A stretch of DNA of 39,414 nucleotides from a virus. Below, piece by piece: positions 23,063-29,873 of this stretch; position 1 is the stretch's first letter; each line of letters opens with the position of its first letter. Made by a program: the position numbers and the translations under genes. The notes under the pieces are model-generated. The model was given only the letters and a program-made list of their open reading frames with translations. It ran no database searches and had not been told where the DNA came from. The stretch lies in the IMG/VR virus record IMGVR_UViG_3300026557_000001. One strand, given 5' to 3'.

Positions 23063-23301
23063 AATTTTCGCATCCCGACAAAAGATCATTTTCTCTGGCC
23101 TTCAAAGGTTCCCTAGCTGTGCGGCTGATGGAGTTCGACTATGCTGGAAAGCATTACAGCTACCACGGCAAGAAATTGGAGAATACGGTTGAAAGGCTGC
23201 CATTCGACGGACAATTCCGGAAGACCCCAAGTACAGCCGAATTAGTTGTATGGGGCCAAGCGGTACATGACTGGAAAGAATCTGAGCGAGCGGAGCAATG
23301 A
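23059..23301 (+). CDS. Hypothetical protein (80 aa)
   Basis: ATGA coupling at 23059. Confidence 0.5.
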   Translation: MKFSHPDKRSFSLAFKGSLAVRLMEFDYAGKHYSYHGKKLENTVERLPFDGQFRKTPSTAELVVWGQAVHDWKESERAEQ

Positions 23302-23465
23302 GAGCTTGCAGAGCAAAAGCGGTGAGTGACAGCGGAATAGAACGATGCGAGCGCAAGGCTGGGCACAAAGGGCCGCATAGTTATACGTGTAACTGGCACG
23401 GCAAAAAGTGGGCGAGTAAGTTCTTGTGGCAGCAGCGCCCCCTGCACCGTGAGGCCGCAAAATGA
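23298..23465 (+). CDS. Cys/His small protein (55 aa), below the track cut-off
   Basis: Hand translation gives MRACRAKAVSDSGIERCERKAGHKGPHSYTCNWHGKKWASKFLWQQRPLHREAAK. ATGA coupling at 23298. Confidence 0.45.
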   Translation: MRACRAKAVSDSGIERCERKAGHKGPHSYTCNWHGKKWASKFLWQQRPLHREAAK

Positions 23466-23823
23466 GCGAGCCATGAAACGCTTGCATCCCACATTCTTTG
23501 ACCGCGAAGCTACTGCTGCTGCTGGCTTTTCCGACCGGCGTAGCTACATCCGCCGCGGTAAGCGATATTTATTCGGCGAGGACATGAAACATCTGCGGGC
23601 CAAAGTCTTTGAGCGGAGCAAGGGCTATTGCGAACAGCGCGTGAATGGAATCCTGAGCGGCCGCTGCGAACGCAACATCTCGTGGGAAACGATGGAACTC
23701 GATCATCAGCCGTCGCTAGCGCAAGGCGGCGATGACTCCATGGAAGGAACGGTGGCGAGCTGCAGACGGTGCCATTTGCAGCGGCATGGGCGCAACGTCC
23801 GCTTCGGAGAGAAAGGCGCATGA
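23449..23823 (+). CDS. HNH endonuclease (start GTG 23449 or ATG 23473)
   Basis: CEQRVNG...RCERNISWETMELDHQPSLAQGGDDSMEGTVASCRRCHLQRHG follows the Cys...DH...N/G...CxxCH pattern. Confidence 0.75.
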   Translation: MRPQNERAMKRLHPTFFDREATAAAGFSDRRSYIRRGKRYLFGEDMKHLRAKVFERSKGYCEQRVNGILSGRCERNISWETMELDHQPSLAQGGDDSMEGTVASCRRCHLQRHGRNVRFGEKGA

Positions 23824-24101
23824 TCGCCAAAGTCAGAATCGCGCCCGTCGAGAGATGGTGCCTGCAAAATCTCGCTGACCTTGAAGAATGGCCGAGTGGA
23901 AGGAAGCTTGTTGGTTTGGAAATAGAAATCATAACCGAATCAATGCAGCAGCGGGGAGATTGCTTAGTGCGGGGTAGACCAGGAGATGGCAGAATTTGGA
24001 AGTTGACCGATAAAAGCAAGAACATCATCGGCCAGATTATGTACCCGACAAAAATAGATGATGACTTGATGCTCTGCGAGCACATGTTAGAGATGGATTG
24101 A
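23820..24101 (+). CDS. Hypothetical protein (93 aa)
   Basis: ATGA coupling at 23820. Confidence 0.5.
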   Translation: MIAKVRIAPVERWCLQNLADLEEWPSGRKLVGLEIEIITESMQQRGDCLVRGRPGDGRIWKLTDKSKNIIGQIMYPTKIDDDLMLCEHMLEMD

Positions 24102-24316
24102 TGCCTGAGCACTACACAAAGAACACGCTGGAAGCGACGGTTTGGTGTAATCGCTGCAACGCTATGACGCAACACCGCGTGGATTCAGGTCGCCGAGGAC
24201 CCTGCTTGCCATGTATGGAAAAGCAGAAGGCGGATAACGAAGTGAAGCGTATTCGGAAGGGTCTGGCGGAAGAAGCGCGAGAGGAAAGAGAGAAGCGGGA
24301 ACCGAGGCTGTTTTGA
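24101..24316 (+). CDS. Zinc-ribbon small protein
   Basis: ATG 24101 overlaps the upstream TGA (TGATG). CNRCNAMT...CLPC. Confidence 0.55.
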   Translation: MPEHYTKNTLEATVWCNRCNAMTQHRVDSGRRGPCLPCMEKQKADNEVKRIRKGLAEEAREEREKREPRLF

Positions 24317-24438
24317 AGCTAGAGATTAAGCGCATCTTCGACGATGCCGAGTTTTCAGTTTGGCAGGTAGGCTTTTGGCAACTGACGCACACGAAAGACG
24401 GGAGAGCACTTCTGGGAATGGACAGGAGCCAAGCATGA
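24313..24438 (+). CDS. Small protein (41 aa), below the track cut-off
   Basis: TTG 24313 overlaps the upstream TGA (TTGA), and its own TGA overlaps the next ATG (ATGA). Product MKLEIKRIFDDAEFSVWQVGFWQLTHTKDGRALLGMDRSQA. Confidence 0.45.
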   Translation: MKLEIKRIFDDAEFSVWQVGFWQLTHTKDGRALLGMDRSQA

Positions 24439-24635
24439 GCAAGCAGCAGCCCGACAGCCGCGAGAGATTAGGGGAGGCCATCAGCCAGGAGAAGCCGCTG
24501 AACGTCTGCGCGCGGCACCCCACAGGTACAGTGTACTTTGACGGGCCGGATGGGGCTTGCCCGGCTTGCGAAGCGGAGAGAAGTTGGCTTGAGTTAACGC
24601 GAGGGATGGAGCCGCCGATGGGACATAAAGAGTGA
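24435..24635 (+). CDS. Small Cys-containing protein (66 aa)
   Basis: ATG 24435 preceded by GGAGCCAAGC. Contains C...CPAC. Confidence 0.55.
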   Translation: MSKQQPDSRERLGEAISQEKPLNVCARHPTGTVYFDGPDGACPACEAERSWLELTRGMEPPMGHKE

Positions 24636-24757
24636 AGCTAAGACCGCTGGATTTGGATGAGATTTACGAAGTGCTAGATAGTGATTGGCTTTATGATTTG
24701 CTGCCAGGAAATGGCACAGACGATTTTATTTTGCAGCAATTACGCATGGAGTTCTAG
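24632..24757 (+). CDS. Small acidic protein (41 aa), below the track cut-off
   Basis: GTG 24632 overlaps the upstream TGA (GTGA). Its TAG lies 2 nt before the methyltransferase ATG. Product MKLRPLDLDEIYEVLDSDWLYDLLPGNGTDDFILQQLRMEF. Confidence 0.4.
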   Translation: MKLRPLDLDEIYEVLDSDWLYDLLPGNGTDDFILQQLRMEF

Positions 24758-24759
24758 AT

Positions 24760-25224
24760 ATGAGCAAAGAAAGAGCGGATAGTTCAAAGCAAAAAATGAA
24801 TCCGATTTTACTTTCGGCGAAATCCCCGCACTACGCAACCCCTGCCAGTCTTTACGACCAACTGAACGCAGAGTTTCATTTCAATTTCGATCCATGTCCA
24901 TACAACGAAGAATATCACGGGCCGCTATTCAGCTTTGATGGCCTGAATGTCTCATGGGCTAACAAGCGCGTATTTTGTAACCCTCCATATGGCAGAGCAA
25001 TCACAAGATTTATGATGAAAGCGATAGAGGCGGATCTGGCTGTTTTTCTTGTGCCTGCGAGGGTCGACACGGCATGGTTCCACGACTTAGCTTTACCTCA
25101 TGCAAAAGAAATTCGTTTCCTGCGAGGACGGTTGAAGTTTGAAGGCTGCAAAAATTCTGCCCCCTTCCCTTGCATGTTAGTGATTTTCAAGTTCGGGATT
25201 GACTTTTCTGGTGCGGCAAAATAA
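24760..25224 (+). CDS. dam: Phage Dam-family DNA N6-adenine methyltransferase
   Basis: 154 aa. YATPASLYDQLNAEFHFNFDPCP...FCNPPYGRAI (NPPY catalytic motif). The region looks AT-rich by eye. Confidence 0.8.
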   Translation: MSKERADSSKQKMNPILLSAKSPHYATPASLYDQLNAEFHFNFDPCPYNEEYHGPLFSFDGLNVSWANKRVFCNPPYGRAITRFMMKAIEADLAVFLVPARVDTAWFHDLALPHAKEIRFLRGRLKFEGCKNSAPFPCMLVIFKFGIDFSGAAK

Positions 25225-25332
25225 AATGTGCTCGGGAAAAAACTTTGCTGGCGGCGCTGCTTCCCACCTGACCCCCAAGGCCAGATATGGCAGCGCCAGT
25301 CAGCGAGTTTTCATATTCACGCCTGAGGGAAT

Positions 25333-25842
25333 TTGGCTCGCAAAATGTTCATCTCAGTAGAAGCTGTGCGTTGGGTGTTCACTCACTCTAAGTCTGAGCG
25401 TAGCGCGCGGCTTGTGCTATTGGCGATTGCCACCCACTGTAACGATGACGGATGTTGCTGGCCGGGCATGGATGCGCTTATGCGCTATACGCGATTGTCT
25501 AAAAATACTATTCTTCAGGCGCGCGATGAATTGGTAGGACTCAAGGAACTGACAGTTGAGATCGGGGGTCGAGGTGCCGGAGACACCAACCACTATTACC
25601 TAACAGCCTTCATGGAATCAAGGGTTCAGAAGGGTTCAGAAAATCCAGATAAGGGTTCAGAAACAGCCGAAAAAGGGTCCACCCATCTGAACCCGAATAA
25701 GAAGTTAGAAGAAATAATACTAGAAGAAAGGCGTCCTATAGATTTTGCTGAAGAAGCAATCAAAGAAAGTCACCGAACCGGAGAATCCGCCGACGCAATT
25801 CTCAAACGACTGATGAAGAGAGGAGAGACTAATGCTGCTTGA
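25333..25842 (+). CDS. HTH_36-type winged-helix protein, replication-initiator-like (lambda O / DnaD-N-like)
   Basis: ARLVLLAIATHCNDDGCCWPGMDALMRYTRLSKNTILQARDELVGLKEL. The linker is encoded by the repeats (KGSE x3). Start is TTG 25333 or ATG 25345. Confidence 0.7.
   Translation: MARKMFISVEAVRWVFTHSKSERSARLVLLAIATHCNDDGCCWPGMDALMRYTRLSKNTILQARDELVGLKELTVEIGGRGAGDTNHYYLTAFMESRVQKGSENPDKGSETAEKGSTHLNPNKKLEEIILEERRPIDFAEEAIKESHRTGESADAILKRLMKRGETNAA
25620..25681 (+). repeat. Putative origin iterons: AAGGGTTCAGA x3 plus one degenerate copy
   Basis: Exact 11-mers start at 25620, 25630 and 25651, with a degenerate AAGGGTCCA at 25673. Spacings are 10, 21 and 22 nt. An AT-rich stretch follows at about 25685-25760. 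Confidence 0.5.
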
Positions 25843-26137
25843 TGAGATTCGAGAGATTGGCGAGATCATTGCGCCGAAACTTTACGGCAAGTCTTACCGC
25901 GAATTAGCTTTCGCCGAGAACATGGGAGGGATAGAAAAGAGCGAACTCTTCCATGTCTGCGCAACGGCACAAACGATTCGGCTTGAAGCGATGAAGACAG
26001 CCGCATGGTCTTATGGAAGCAAGAGGACTAAGTACGGCTGGCCTGAGATTCTTGAAATCTGTCACGCAATCATTGAGCGTCCCGGAGCAATTGAAAAGCA
26101 GAAAGCTGAGCTTCGATTAAAAGGATACCTGCAATGA
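25832..26137 (+). CDS. Hypothetical protein (101 aa)
   Basis: ORF overlapping the initiator-like gene stop by 11 nt. Confidence 0.55.
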   Translation: MLLDEIREIGEIIAPKLYGKSYRELAFAENMGGIEKSELFHVCATAQTIRLEAMKTAAWSYGSKRTKYGWPEILEICHAIIERPGAIEKQKAELRLKGYLQ

Positions 26138-26460
26138 GCGATAGTGAACTACGGCAAGCATTAGAAGCGCTGGCGGACAAGATGGGTGAACGCTGCGGGG
26201 ATCACTGCCTGAACAGTTGCCAAATGTGCGAAGCTAGAAATAATCTGCTACTGATTTTACATCGCGCGTATGAGCAGCGGGAATACTACGACGCTGAGAA
26301 GCAAGAAGGACTTCGCTTCTGCGGGAGATGCAATCAGCGGCGGTACTTCTCGAATGGAAAATGTGAAATGTGTGTGGCGCTCGGAGCCGAGCAAATCATT
26401 GAAATTGACGAGGACGGCAAAGTCCACGGCGATATTTCCGGTGTAAAGCGAACTCGTTAG
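26134..26460 (+). CDS. Cys-rich protein (two CxxC pairs)
   Basis: ATGA coupling at 26134. CGDHCLNSCQMC and CGRC...CEMC. Confidence 0.55.
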   Translation: MSDSELRQALEALADKMGERCGDHCLNSCQMCEARNNLLLILHRAYEQREYYDAEKQEGLRFCGRCNQRRYFSNGKCEMCVALGAEQIIEIDEDGKVHGDISGVKRTR

Positions 26461-26507
26461 CCATGGGCCCGGCGGCGGCGCAGCATGGGAGCTAAAGGGA
26501 CGTGAAA

Positions 26508-26636
26508 ATGGGTTACCAGCACAATCTAGCCTTAAAGTATCACTGCCGGTTCGCATTTGAAACCGCGCATCCAAGGTTCCATTTCGTGCGCCGGGGCCTG
26601 AGCATAATCATCTCGGTCAATTCGGGCTATGAGTGA
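26508..26636 (+). CDS. Possible small protein (42 aa), low confidence
   Basis: Hand translation gives MGYQHNLALKYHCRFAFETAHPRFHFVRRGLSIIISVNSGYE. It fills an otherwise empty 180-nt gap, but no clear RBS is visible. Confidence 0.3.
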   Translation: MGYQHNLALKYHCRFAFETAHPRFHFVRRGLSIIISVNSGYE

Positions 26637-26642
26637 ATTGAG

Positions 26643-26963
26643 ATGGGCTTTGGCGGGCCGGTCTGGCACTGCTCGGTTTCTGATCCGGTGATTGGATTGA
26701 GTGATTCGCGCCGCTGCCGCGAGATGGCTTATGAGCAGCTCGCTGGAGTCGGCGATGCCTCGCTTGGCGAGTGGACAGAAGACCGGCCAAAGGCGTTCCA
26801 TTTGCGCAGGCGGCTGAACGCAGCGGAGGAAAAGCGCGTGGGCCCGGCAGTGGATTGCCGCACGACCGCAGAGGGCCAGCAGCGATACGAAGCAATAAAG
26901 CCGGTCCTGCCAAAAGAGGCGCTGTATCTTGTGCGGGAAGAAGTGCCGGGGATTGCGATTTGA
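26643..26963 (+). CDS. Hypothetical protein (106 aa)
   Basis: ORF; product GGPVWHCSVS...KAFHLRRRLNAAEE. Confidence 0.55.
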   Translation: MGFGGPVWHCSVSDPVIGLSDSRRCREMAYEQLAGVGDASLGEWTEDRPKAFHLRRRLNAAEEKRVGPAVDCRTTAEGQQRYEAIKPVLPKEALYLVREEVPGIAI

Positions 26964-27133
26964 CCCACGAGCTAACCATCACCCACGACCTGCGGATGCT
27001 GGCCCGCCCGTTCGGCATAAATTGTAGCTGTAATTTTAAGGCTGCGGCTGAAACGTATGCCGAAGCCGTTAGAATCGTGAAGCAGCATCAACAGCAAGAA
27101 GAGCGCAAGGCGCAAGGAAAGGAGCCGCAATGA
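26960..27133 (+). CDS. Small protein (57 aa), TTG start
   Basis: TTG 26960 overlaps the upstream TGA (TTGA), and its own TGA overlaps the next ATG (ATGA). Product MTHELTITHDLRMLARPFGINCSCNFKAAAETYAEAVRIVKQHQQQEERKAQGKEPQ. Confidence 0.45.
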   Translation: MTHELTITHDLRMLARPFGINCSCNFKAAAETYAEAVRIVKQHQQQEERKAQGKEPQ

Positions 27134-27375
27134 GTGTCATGTCCGAGCTGTGGGCGAAGTACCAGAAGTGGAAAGCGAAGCGCAATCAGCGGACCTTCTG
27201 CTATTGCCCGGAATGCCGAAACGAGCTTTGCAGCGACGAATCAACTACCTGCTACGACGGGGGGAGTTTCGTGACTTACGATTGCGGCAAGTGTCATACG
27301 GAATCTATCTGGGACTTCGATACGCCAGTGCCGCTATTGCTGAAGTACATCGGCACTAAAAAAGTACAGCCATGA
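27130..27375 (+). CDS. Zinc-ribbon small protein
   Basis: 81 aa. CYCPECRNELC...CGKCH. Confidence 0.6.
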   Translation: MSVMSELWAKYQKWKAKRNQRTFCYCPECRNELCSDESTTCYDGGSFVTYDCGKCHTESIWDFDTPVPLLLKYIGTKKVQP

Positions 27376-27467
27376 GTTTTGAGGCCCCCGCGACGGAAGG
27401 CGGAGGCCCGGTGGTCCCACACATGTCACTGCTTGGCCGAGGATTCTAGCATGGAAAGGAGGGCCCT

Positions 27468-27857
27468 ATGTGGCCAACATTCACGAAGAAAAATGAAGTC
27501 TGGGATGGAACGGAAAGGCGGATTCGACAGCATCCAACAGTTCACCACCGTCGCGCCAGCGATAGGCTAGCGGAAGAGGACGACGCTTCGACTAGCATGT
27601 TTCTACTCGGCGCAACGAGTAATATGGGCAATGACGGTCCTCTGCTCGGCGGTATCGGTGCAGCAATAGAGTCGCCACCGGAGGCCTCTCAGTTTCAAGG
27701 ATTCGGTGGAGGAGAGTCCGGTGGTGGCGGGGCAAGCGGCAGTTACGATGCGCCGAGTGACAGCGGAAGTTCTAGCGATTCTTCTAGTTCGTCCGACTCT
27801 TCATCATCCGACACGAGTTCATCGGACAGCGGAAGTTCTGGGAGCGGCGATTTCTAG
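27468..27857 (+). CDS. Protein with a Gly-rich then Ser/Asp-rich acidic low-complexity C-terminus
   Basis: 129 aa with AAGGAGG 6 nt before the ATG. The C-terminus reads GGGESGGGGASGSYDAPSDSGSSSDSSSSSDSSSSDTSSSDSGSSGSGDF. Confidence 0.6.
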   Translation: MWPTFTKKNEVWDGTERRIRQHPTVHHRRASDRLAEEDDASTSMFLLGATSNMGNDGPLLGGIGAAIESPPEASQFQGFGGGESGGGGASGSYDAPSDSGSSSDSSSSSDSSSSDTSSSDSGSSGSGDF

Positions 27858-27896
27858 CATGGAATGTGCTATAGTCTCGCCGAAAAGGAGCACTTT

Positions 27897-28280
27897 ATGG
27901 ACATTGAGCAGACCGCCAAGATTTGCCACGAAGCCAATCGAGCCTATTGCGAAACTATCGGTGATGCCTCGCAGCCGAAGTGGGAGGACGCTCCCGAGTG
28001 GCAAAAGCTATCCGCCAGGAACGGCGTGGAGTTTCACTTGGCGACGCTGAAAGAAGGCGCAAAACCGGACCCAAGCGCTTCGCACGCCAACTGGATGCAC
28101 GAAAAAGCCGTGGCTGGATGGAAGTACGGTCCGGTCAAAGACGCGGCGAAGAAAGAGCATCCGTGCTTCGTGGCCTACGAGGATTTGCCGGTCGAGCAGA
28201 AGGCCAAGGACTTCATCTTTTGCGGGATTGTTGAGGCGCTTTACCGGGTGTCACCGCGCACCGCAGGAGCGGGCGGATGA
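27897..28280 (+). CDS. RyR (ryanodine-receptor repeat) domain protein
   Basis: ATG 27897 preceded by AAGGAG. ICHEANRAYCE...PKWEDAPEWQKLSARNGV...HANWMHEKAVAGWKYGPVKDAAKKEHPCFVAYEDLPVEQKAKD. Confidence 0.6.
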   Translation: MDIEQTAKICHEANRAYCETIGDASQPKWEDAPEWQKLSARNGVEFHLATLKEGAKPDPSASHANWMHEKAVAGWKYGPVKDAAKKEHPCFVAYEDLPVEQKAKDFIFCGIVEALYRVSPRTAGAGG

Positions 28281-28738
28281 GCGCGCTTACCAAGTTCGGG
28301 CACCTGTTCAAGGTAATTTTCACCGGTGCGGTCAAGGTAGAGAAAGCAGTGGAGCCCTACGTCGAGGCGGTCGTGCCCGCAACCATTCCTGCCTTCCATG
28401 TATTCGATGTCGGTGTAGAGATCGTAAAAGACGTCGAAGCCGCATTTGGAGCCGCTGGCGTCGTGCAAGGCGGCGCTGCGAAGCTGGAGGCAGCATTGCC
28501 GGGCTTTGGGTTGGCCCTAAACGCCTACACGCTCGCGAAGTTCCCTGGCAGCGAGGCGATACTCAAGGCCGAGGCTTACGTGCTAGCAAAAAAGGGCCTG
28601 CTCAACGCGATTGTGGCGTATGCGAACGCCATCCCTGAGAGTGTGACGGTAGCGCCGTCACCCACCGCCATGATAGCGGCCACCGCCACCGCTGCAGCCC
28701 TGAACGCGGCAAAGTCACAGGCTGGTACTGCGGGCTAA
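28277..28738 (+). CDS. Hypothetical Ala-rich protein, last gene of the plus arm
   Basis: 153 aa. ATGA coupling at 28277. Confidence 0.55.
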   Translation: MSALTKFGHLFKVIFTGAVKVEKAVEPYVEAVVPATIPAFHVFDVGVEIVKDVEAAFGAAGVVQGGAAKLEAALPGFGLALNAYTLAKFPGSEAILKAEAYVLAKKGLLNAIVAYANAIPESVTVAPSPTAMIAATATAAALNAAKSQAGTAG

Positions 28739-28886
28739 AATTGGGGAGATCGTCGCTCCTGTGGCGATGCGGGGCTGCGCAAATGGCATTGTAGAGAGAT
28801 TCCCGCCGGTCATTGTGCCCCGGTGGGGAAACGGGGGAGCGCGAAGCTGGGCAGGCAATACTGAGGGGAATGGTTTCGCGCTCCTC

Positions 28887-29117
28887 TTATGGCTTGGCGG
28901 CGGGCGTTACTTCCTGAGCGGGTACTGGGAGTTTCGACGCGAAGGCTCGAGTAACGTTGGCGGCGAGCGTGTTGGCGAAGCCGAAGAACCAGCGGTAGAA
29001 CACATGGGAAGTGGCATCCGGCATGGGCAGCGAGCCGATCGCCGCGCTCATCACGTAGTACAGCATAAGACTGATCATCGTGGGATGAAGTTTGATGAAG
29101 GCAAGCAATCCGGTCAT
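28887..29117 (-). CDS. Holin candidate (two predicted transmembrane helices)
   Basis: 76 aa with AGGAG 6 nt before the ATG. Hydrophobic segments MISLMLYYVMSAAIGSL and VFYRWFFGFANTLAANV. It is the last gene of the lysis region. Confidence 0.5.
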   Translation of the reverse strand: MTGLLAFIKLHPTMISLMLYYVMSAAIGSLPMPDATSHVFYRWFFGFANTLAANVTRAFASKLPVPAQEVTPAAKP

Positions 29118-29127
29118 CCATTTCTCC

Positions 29128-29218
29128 TAAAAAACGAGGGCGGGGCACTGGCCGATTTTCGGACTTACTTGGCTTTGTACTGGATTTGGGGTTGTTGTCA
29201 GCGGCAGCCAGCGCCCTC
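29128..29218 (-). terminator. Long interrupted GC hairpin followed by T6, between the endolysin and the holin candidate (possible attenuator)
   Basis: The minus strand has GAGGGCG-CTGGC ... GCCAG-tgccc-CGCCCTC-g-TTTTTT, then the holin RBS. The loop is about 55 nt, which is atypical for an intrinsic terminator. Confidence 0.3.
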
Positions 29219-29283
29219 ACCCCGTAAGGCTATCGTGGGCTAGGCGTTTGCAAGCGTCAATCCATCCGTCGGGCAGGTGTAAC

Positions 29284-29763
29284 TCAAGTGTTAAGGCTGT
29301 CTGCTACCGTGCTGCCAGGGGTATACCATTCGTTGTAGATGCCGATGACTTTTGCAGCGCGTCCCGGGTCCGTGCTCCAAGTTTTGCTCACCGCGATGAC
29401 GTACTCGAATGGACCGGGGGCCGCCAGAGCCTGTGCGTAGTGAGGGTAAGAGCCCGACAGGTGCTTGAGCGTGGCCATGCGATCCTGGAAGCAAGTTTTG
29501 ATGTCGGGATACTCGACAAAATTCGCACTCACGACTTTCCAAGAGCCGCCTAAAAACTCCCTGGTAGGCAAAGAAATGGTTCCATAGACTGGGTGTTGGT
29601 GCTGCTTCATCCCGAACAAATTGTTGTCATCCCTAGCCAGTGCGGATTGCCCGTAGTTGCTCTCTTCGGCCGCTTCACAAGCCGCCATGTTGGGGAAAAT
29701 GTGCCCGCCATCGACGGCCGCTTGCGCCATCGCTTCGAGCCATTGTTTTCGTTCCAAAGTCAA
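29284..29763 (-). CDS. Endolysin, GH73 / FlgJ-type N-acetylglucosaminidase domain
   Basis: AACEAAEESNYGQSALARDDNNLFGMKQ matches the glucosaminidase catalytic-Glu region. The proposed TTG start at 29763 has AGGAGA 6 nt upstream and overlaps the TGA of the 37-aa ORF (TTGA). Confidence 0.8.
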   Translation of the reverse strand: MTLERKQWLEAMAQAAVDGGHIFPNMAACEAAEESNYGQSALARDDNNLFGMKQHQHPVYGTISLPTREFLGGSWKVVSANFVEYPDIKTCFQDRMATLKHLSGSYPHYAQALAAPGPFEYVIAVSKTWSTDPGRAAKVIGIYNEWYTPGSTVADSLNT

Positions 29764-29873
29764 GGCCGTCTCCTGCTCTGTAGCCAGCGCATCAGCGCGT
29801 CCAGCAGCGGGTAGACGAGCGGGGCGATCAGCACGCCGATAACTACCCACATGATGGGCCAGAGCACGCTCAC
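29760..29873 (-). CDS. Hidden 37-aa single-pass membrane protein in the lysis cassette (holin, antiholin or pinholin-like candidate)
   Basis: Hand translation gives MSVLWPIMWVVIGVLIAPLVYPLLDALMRWLQSRRRP. GTG 29873 overlaps the upstream TGA (GTGA), with GGAG 5 nt upstream. Confidence 0.55.
   Translation of the reverse strand: MSVLWPIMWVVIGVLIAPLVYPLLDALMRWLQSRRRP

Noticed and set aside
27700-27850. Repetitive tract considered as a CRISPR-like or tandem-repeat array
   Set aside because: It is an imperfect codon-level Ser/Asp/Gly repeat inside an ORF, with no repeat-spacer periodicity. No CRISPR array exists anywhere in the window.
28739-28886. Bidirectional intrinsic terminator at the convergence of the two arms
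   Set aside because: Several stems exist: atcgtcgc/ggcgat at 28749-28768, CCCCG/CGGGG at 28818-28836, and GAGCGCGAA/TTCGCGCTC at 28837-28883 with a 29-nt loop. None is followed by a U tract on either strand, so no terminator call is justified from sequence alone.
28810-29220. 136-aa minus-strand ORF overlapping the holin candidate
   Set aside because: Its composition is Arg-rich and looks out of frame. The alternative frame (28887..29117) gives two clean hydrophobic helices and has AGGAG at ideal spacing.
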